Shown here in pieces: positions 62,448-64,000 of a stretch of 64,000 bases of DNA. Every line of letters begins with the position of its first letter. Position 1 is the first letter of the stretch. This DNA comes from an uncultured Gemmatimonadales bacterium (lineage in GTDB: Bacteria; Gemmatimonadota; Gemmatimonadetes; Longimicrobiales; Gaopeijiaceae). Position numbers and translations under genes: made by a program. The DNA lies in the NCBI GenBank assembly GCA_963823035.1, contig CAWGKG010000016.1, forward strand, positions 1-64,000, written 5' to 3'. The notes beneath the pieces are model-generated. The model was given only the letters and a program-made list of their open reading frames with translations, did not search any database and was not told the origin of the DNA.

Positions 62448-63170
62448 ATGCCCGAGGGATACGCGCCGCGGGCCCCCGGCTGGCCGTCGTTCGCCCTCCC
62501 GTCGATCGCAGTCGTCGTCGCGGCCGCGATCCTGGGGTTCGCCTTCGTGAAGGGGCGGCGCCCCGCCGGTACCGTGAGCGTGGTCGGCGCGGCCACGGTG
62601 CCGTTCACCTCGGATGTGGTGAAGTGGCGCGTCACGCTCCTCCGCCAGGTGGCGATCGGCGAGGAGGTGCCGGGCTACGCTCGCCTCGCGGAGGACCGGA
62701 CCCGGTTCCTGGCGCGGCTCGCGGAGGGCGGCGTTCCCGCCGAGGACGCCTCCGTGCAGCCCGTCACGACCGGCGGGGTCTGGGACCGCGACGGCCGCCA
62801 GACCGGCGTTCAGCTACGCCAGAGCCTGCTGGTGGTGAGCCGGGACGTGGACGCGGTCGAGCGCCTGGCGCTGGACCCCGGCGACCTGATCCGCGACGGC
62901 CTCGGGCTGGAGAACTCCAACCTGGAGTTCTTCTTCGACGGAATCGCCGACCTCAAGCGCTCGCTGCTCCGGCAGGCCCGCGAGGACGCCCAGGCCCGCG
63001 CGGAGGAGATCGCGGGAGACGCGCTCGGCGACGTGGTGTCGGCGCAGGCGGGGGTGTTCCAGATCCGCGAGCCCTACTCCACGGAGGTGCAGGGCTACGG
63101 CGTGTACAGCACGTCCACGCGAGCGAAGGAGATGACGGTCACCGTGCACGCGACCTTCGCCCTGCGGTAG
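62448..63170 (+). CDS. SIMPL (DUF541) domain protein
   Basis: TM anchor, VSVVGAA, LLRQAREDAQARAEEIA, GVFQI, KEMTVTVHATF. Confidence 0.88.
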   Translation: MPEGYAPRAPGWPSFALPSIAVVVAAAILGFAFVKGRRPAGTVSVVGAATVPFTSDVVKWRVTLLRQVAIGEEVPGYARLAEDRTRFLARLAEGGVPAEDASVQPVTTGGVWDRDGRQTGVQLRQSLLVVSRDVDAVERLALDPGDLIRDGLGLENSNLEFFFDGIADLKRSLLRQAREDAQARAEEIAGDALGDVVSAQAGVFQIREPYSTEVQGYGVYSTSTRAKEMTVTVHATFALR

Positions 63171-63180
63171 CGGACAGTGA

Positions 63181-64000
63181 CTAGGAAGCGCCGCAGCGGA
63201 ACGAGTCCAGGATCGTCTGCAGCTGGATCATGTACTCGTACTTGTCCTTGCCGGGCGCGTACAGCCAGGCGTCGAGCAGGTAGATCCGGTCCTGCCGCGG
63301 GCACACCACCGCGCGCGTGATGAACGGACCCGCCGCGGGCCAGTCGAGCTCCGGCGGGTTCTTCCACAGCCCCTGGACCTGATAGGCGGGCCGCCCCTCG
63401 TACTCGAAGGACGTCGTGTCCACCTGGCTCAGGTCGAGATCCTGGGGCTCGTTGTAGGTCGCGGACACCTGCGCGCGCCAGTCGAGGAGGTCCTGGCGCT
63501 CGAAGGTCGTGGGGATCGGCGACCGCCAGGTGACGGCGACCTGCCGGATCAGCTCGGACGGATCCGGGTTGTCGTTGCGGAAGGTGTAGATCGAGTCCTG
63601 CGCGCTGCCAGCGGTAGACGGTCGGGAGGAGGAGCGCGGAACCCCGCCGTGCGCGCGAGCGTGTCGGCGAGCGCCGAGTCCGTTACCCGACAGGTACATC
63701 CGGCTGCGGGCGTACTGGCGGAACTGGTCGTCGAGCGCCTCGTTGATGGCGTCGAGCTGGGCGCGAACGGCCGCGGCCTCCCTGATCGGGCGCGGCGAGG
63801 ATGATCGTGGCCTGCTGCCCCCGGGCCCAGATGTCGTACGCGCGGTAGACGCCGGGACCCGGAGACGCCGCCCGGACCTTCGCGATCGCGTCCTGGATCC
63901 AGGGCTCGTCGCCCGTGCCCACGAGCAGCAGCTGGCGGAAGCGCTTCAGGTTCTTCCACTCCGCCCCGTTCGGGTCCTGGTAGGTGACGTTGAACGTCTT
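63181..64000 (-). CDS. DUF4837-like protein, 5'-partial (frameshifts at about 63610 and 63780)
   Basis: DIWARGQ; C-terminal VQGLWKN...AAGPFITR...YLLDAWLYAPGKDKYEYMIQLQTILDSF. Confidence 0.7.

Overview
A 64 kb chromosomal window from a very GC-rich bacterium. Gene content (three paralogous DSAGV-type beta-propeller lipoproteins, a GWxTD-like protein, DUF4837, a GldA/GldF-G/DUF4340 ABC unit) suggests Gemmatimonadota; this is an inference. About 70 densely packed genes; I found no rRNA, tRNA, CRISPR array, integrase or transposase. The left half (1-34 kb) is an accessory-type region of small enzymes (GNATs, VOC proteins, DinB, APH, O-methyltransferase, CreD, MutS-V). It holds at least four genes whose middles are missing (NAD(P)-binding protein, MOSC, M20 peptidase, Vat/CatB acetyltransferase), a 3'-truncated VOC remnant and an unusual propeller-HXXEE fusion. 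The right half (34-64 kb) is more housekeeping (cyclophilin, csp, ltaE, S9 peptidase, msrA, YbaK, ALDH7, GH92, dnaE). It carries many small frameshifts, even in dnaE, that look like long-read assembly errors. The best candidate for an undescribed system is a cytoplasmic Asp-box (BNR) beta-propeller with Cys/His motifs, translationally coupled to a ubiquitin-like MoaD/SAMP protein ending in GG and followed by a SIMPL protein (61046-63170). Other highlights: a nuclease-less tandem-HTH protein resembling the DNA-binding tail of phage HNH endonucleases (42596-43027), and an AT-rich palindrome resembling a DtxR/MntR operator (37895-37932). All family calls come from motif recognition, not database searches.
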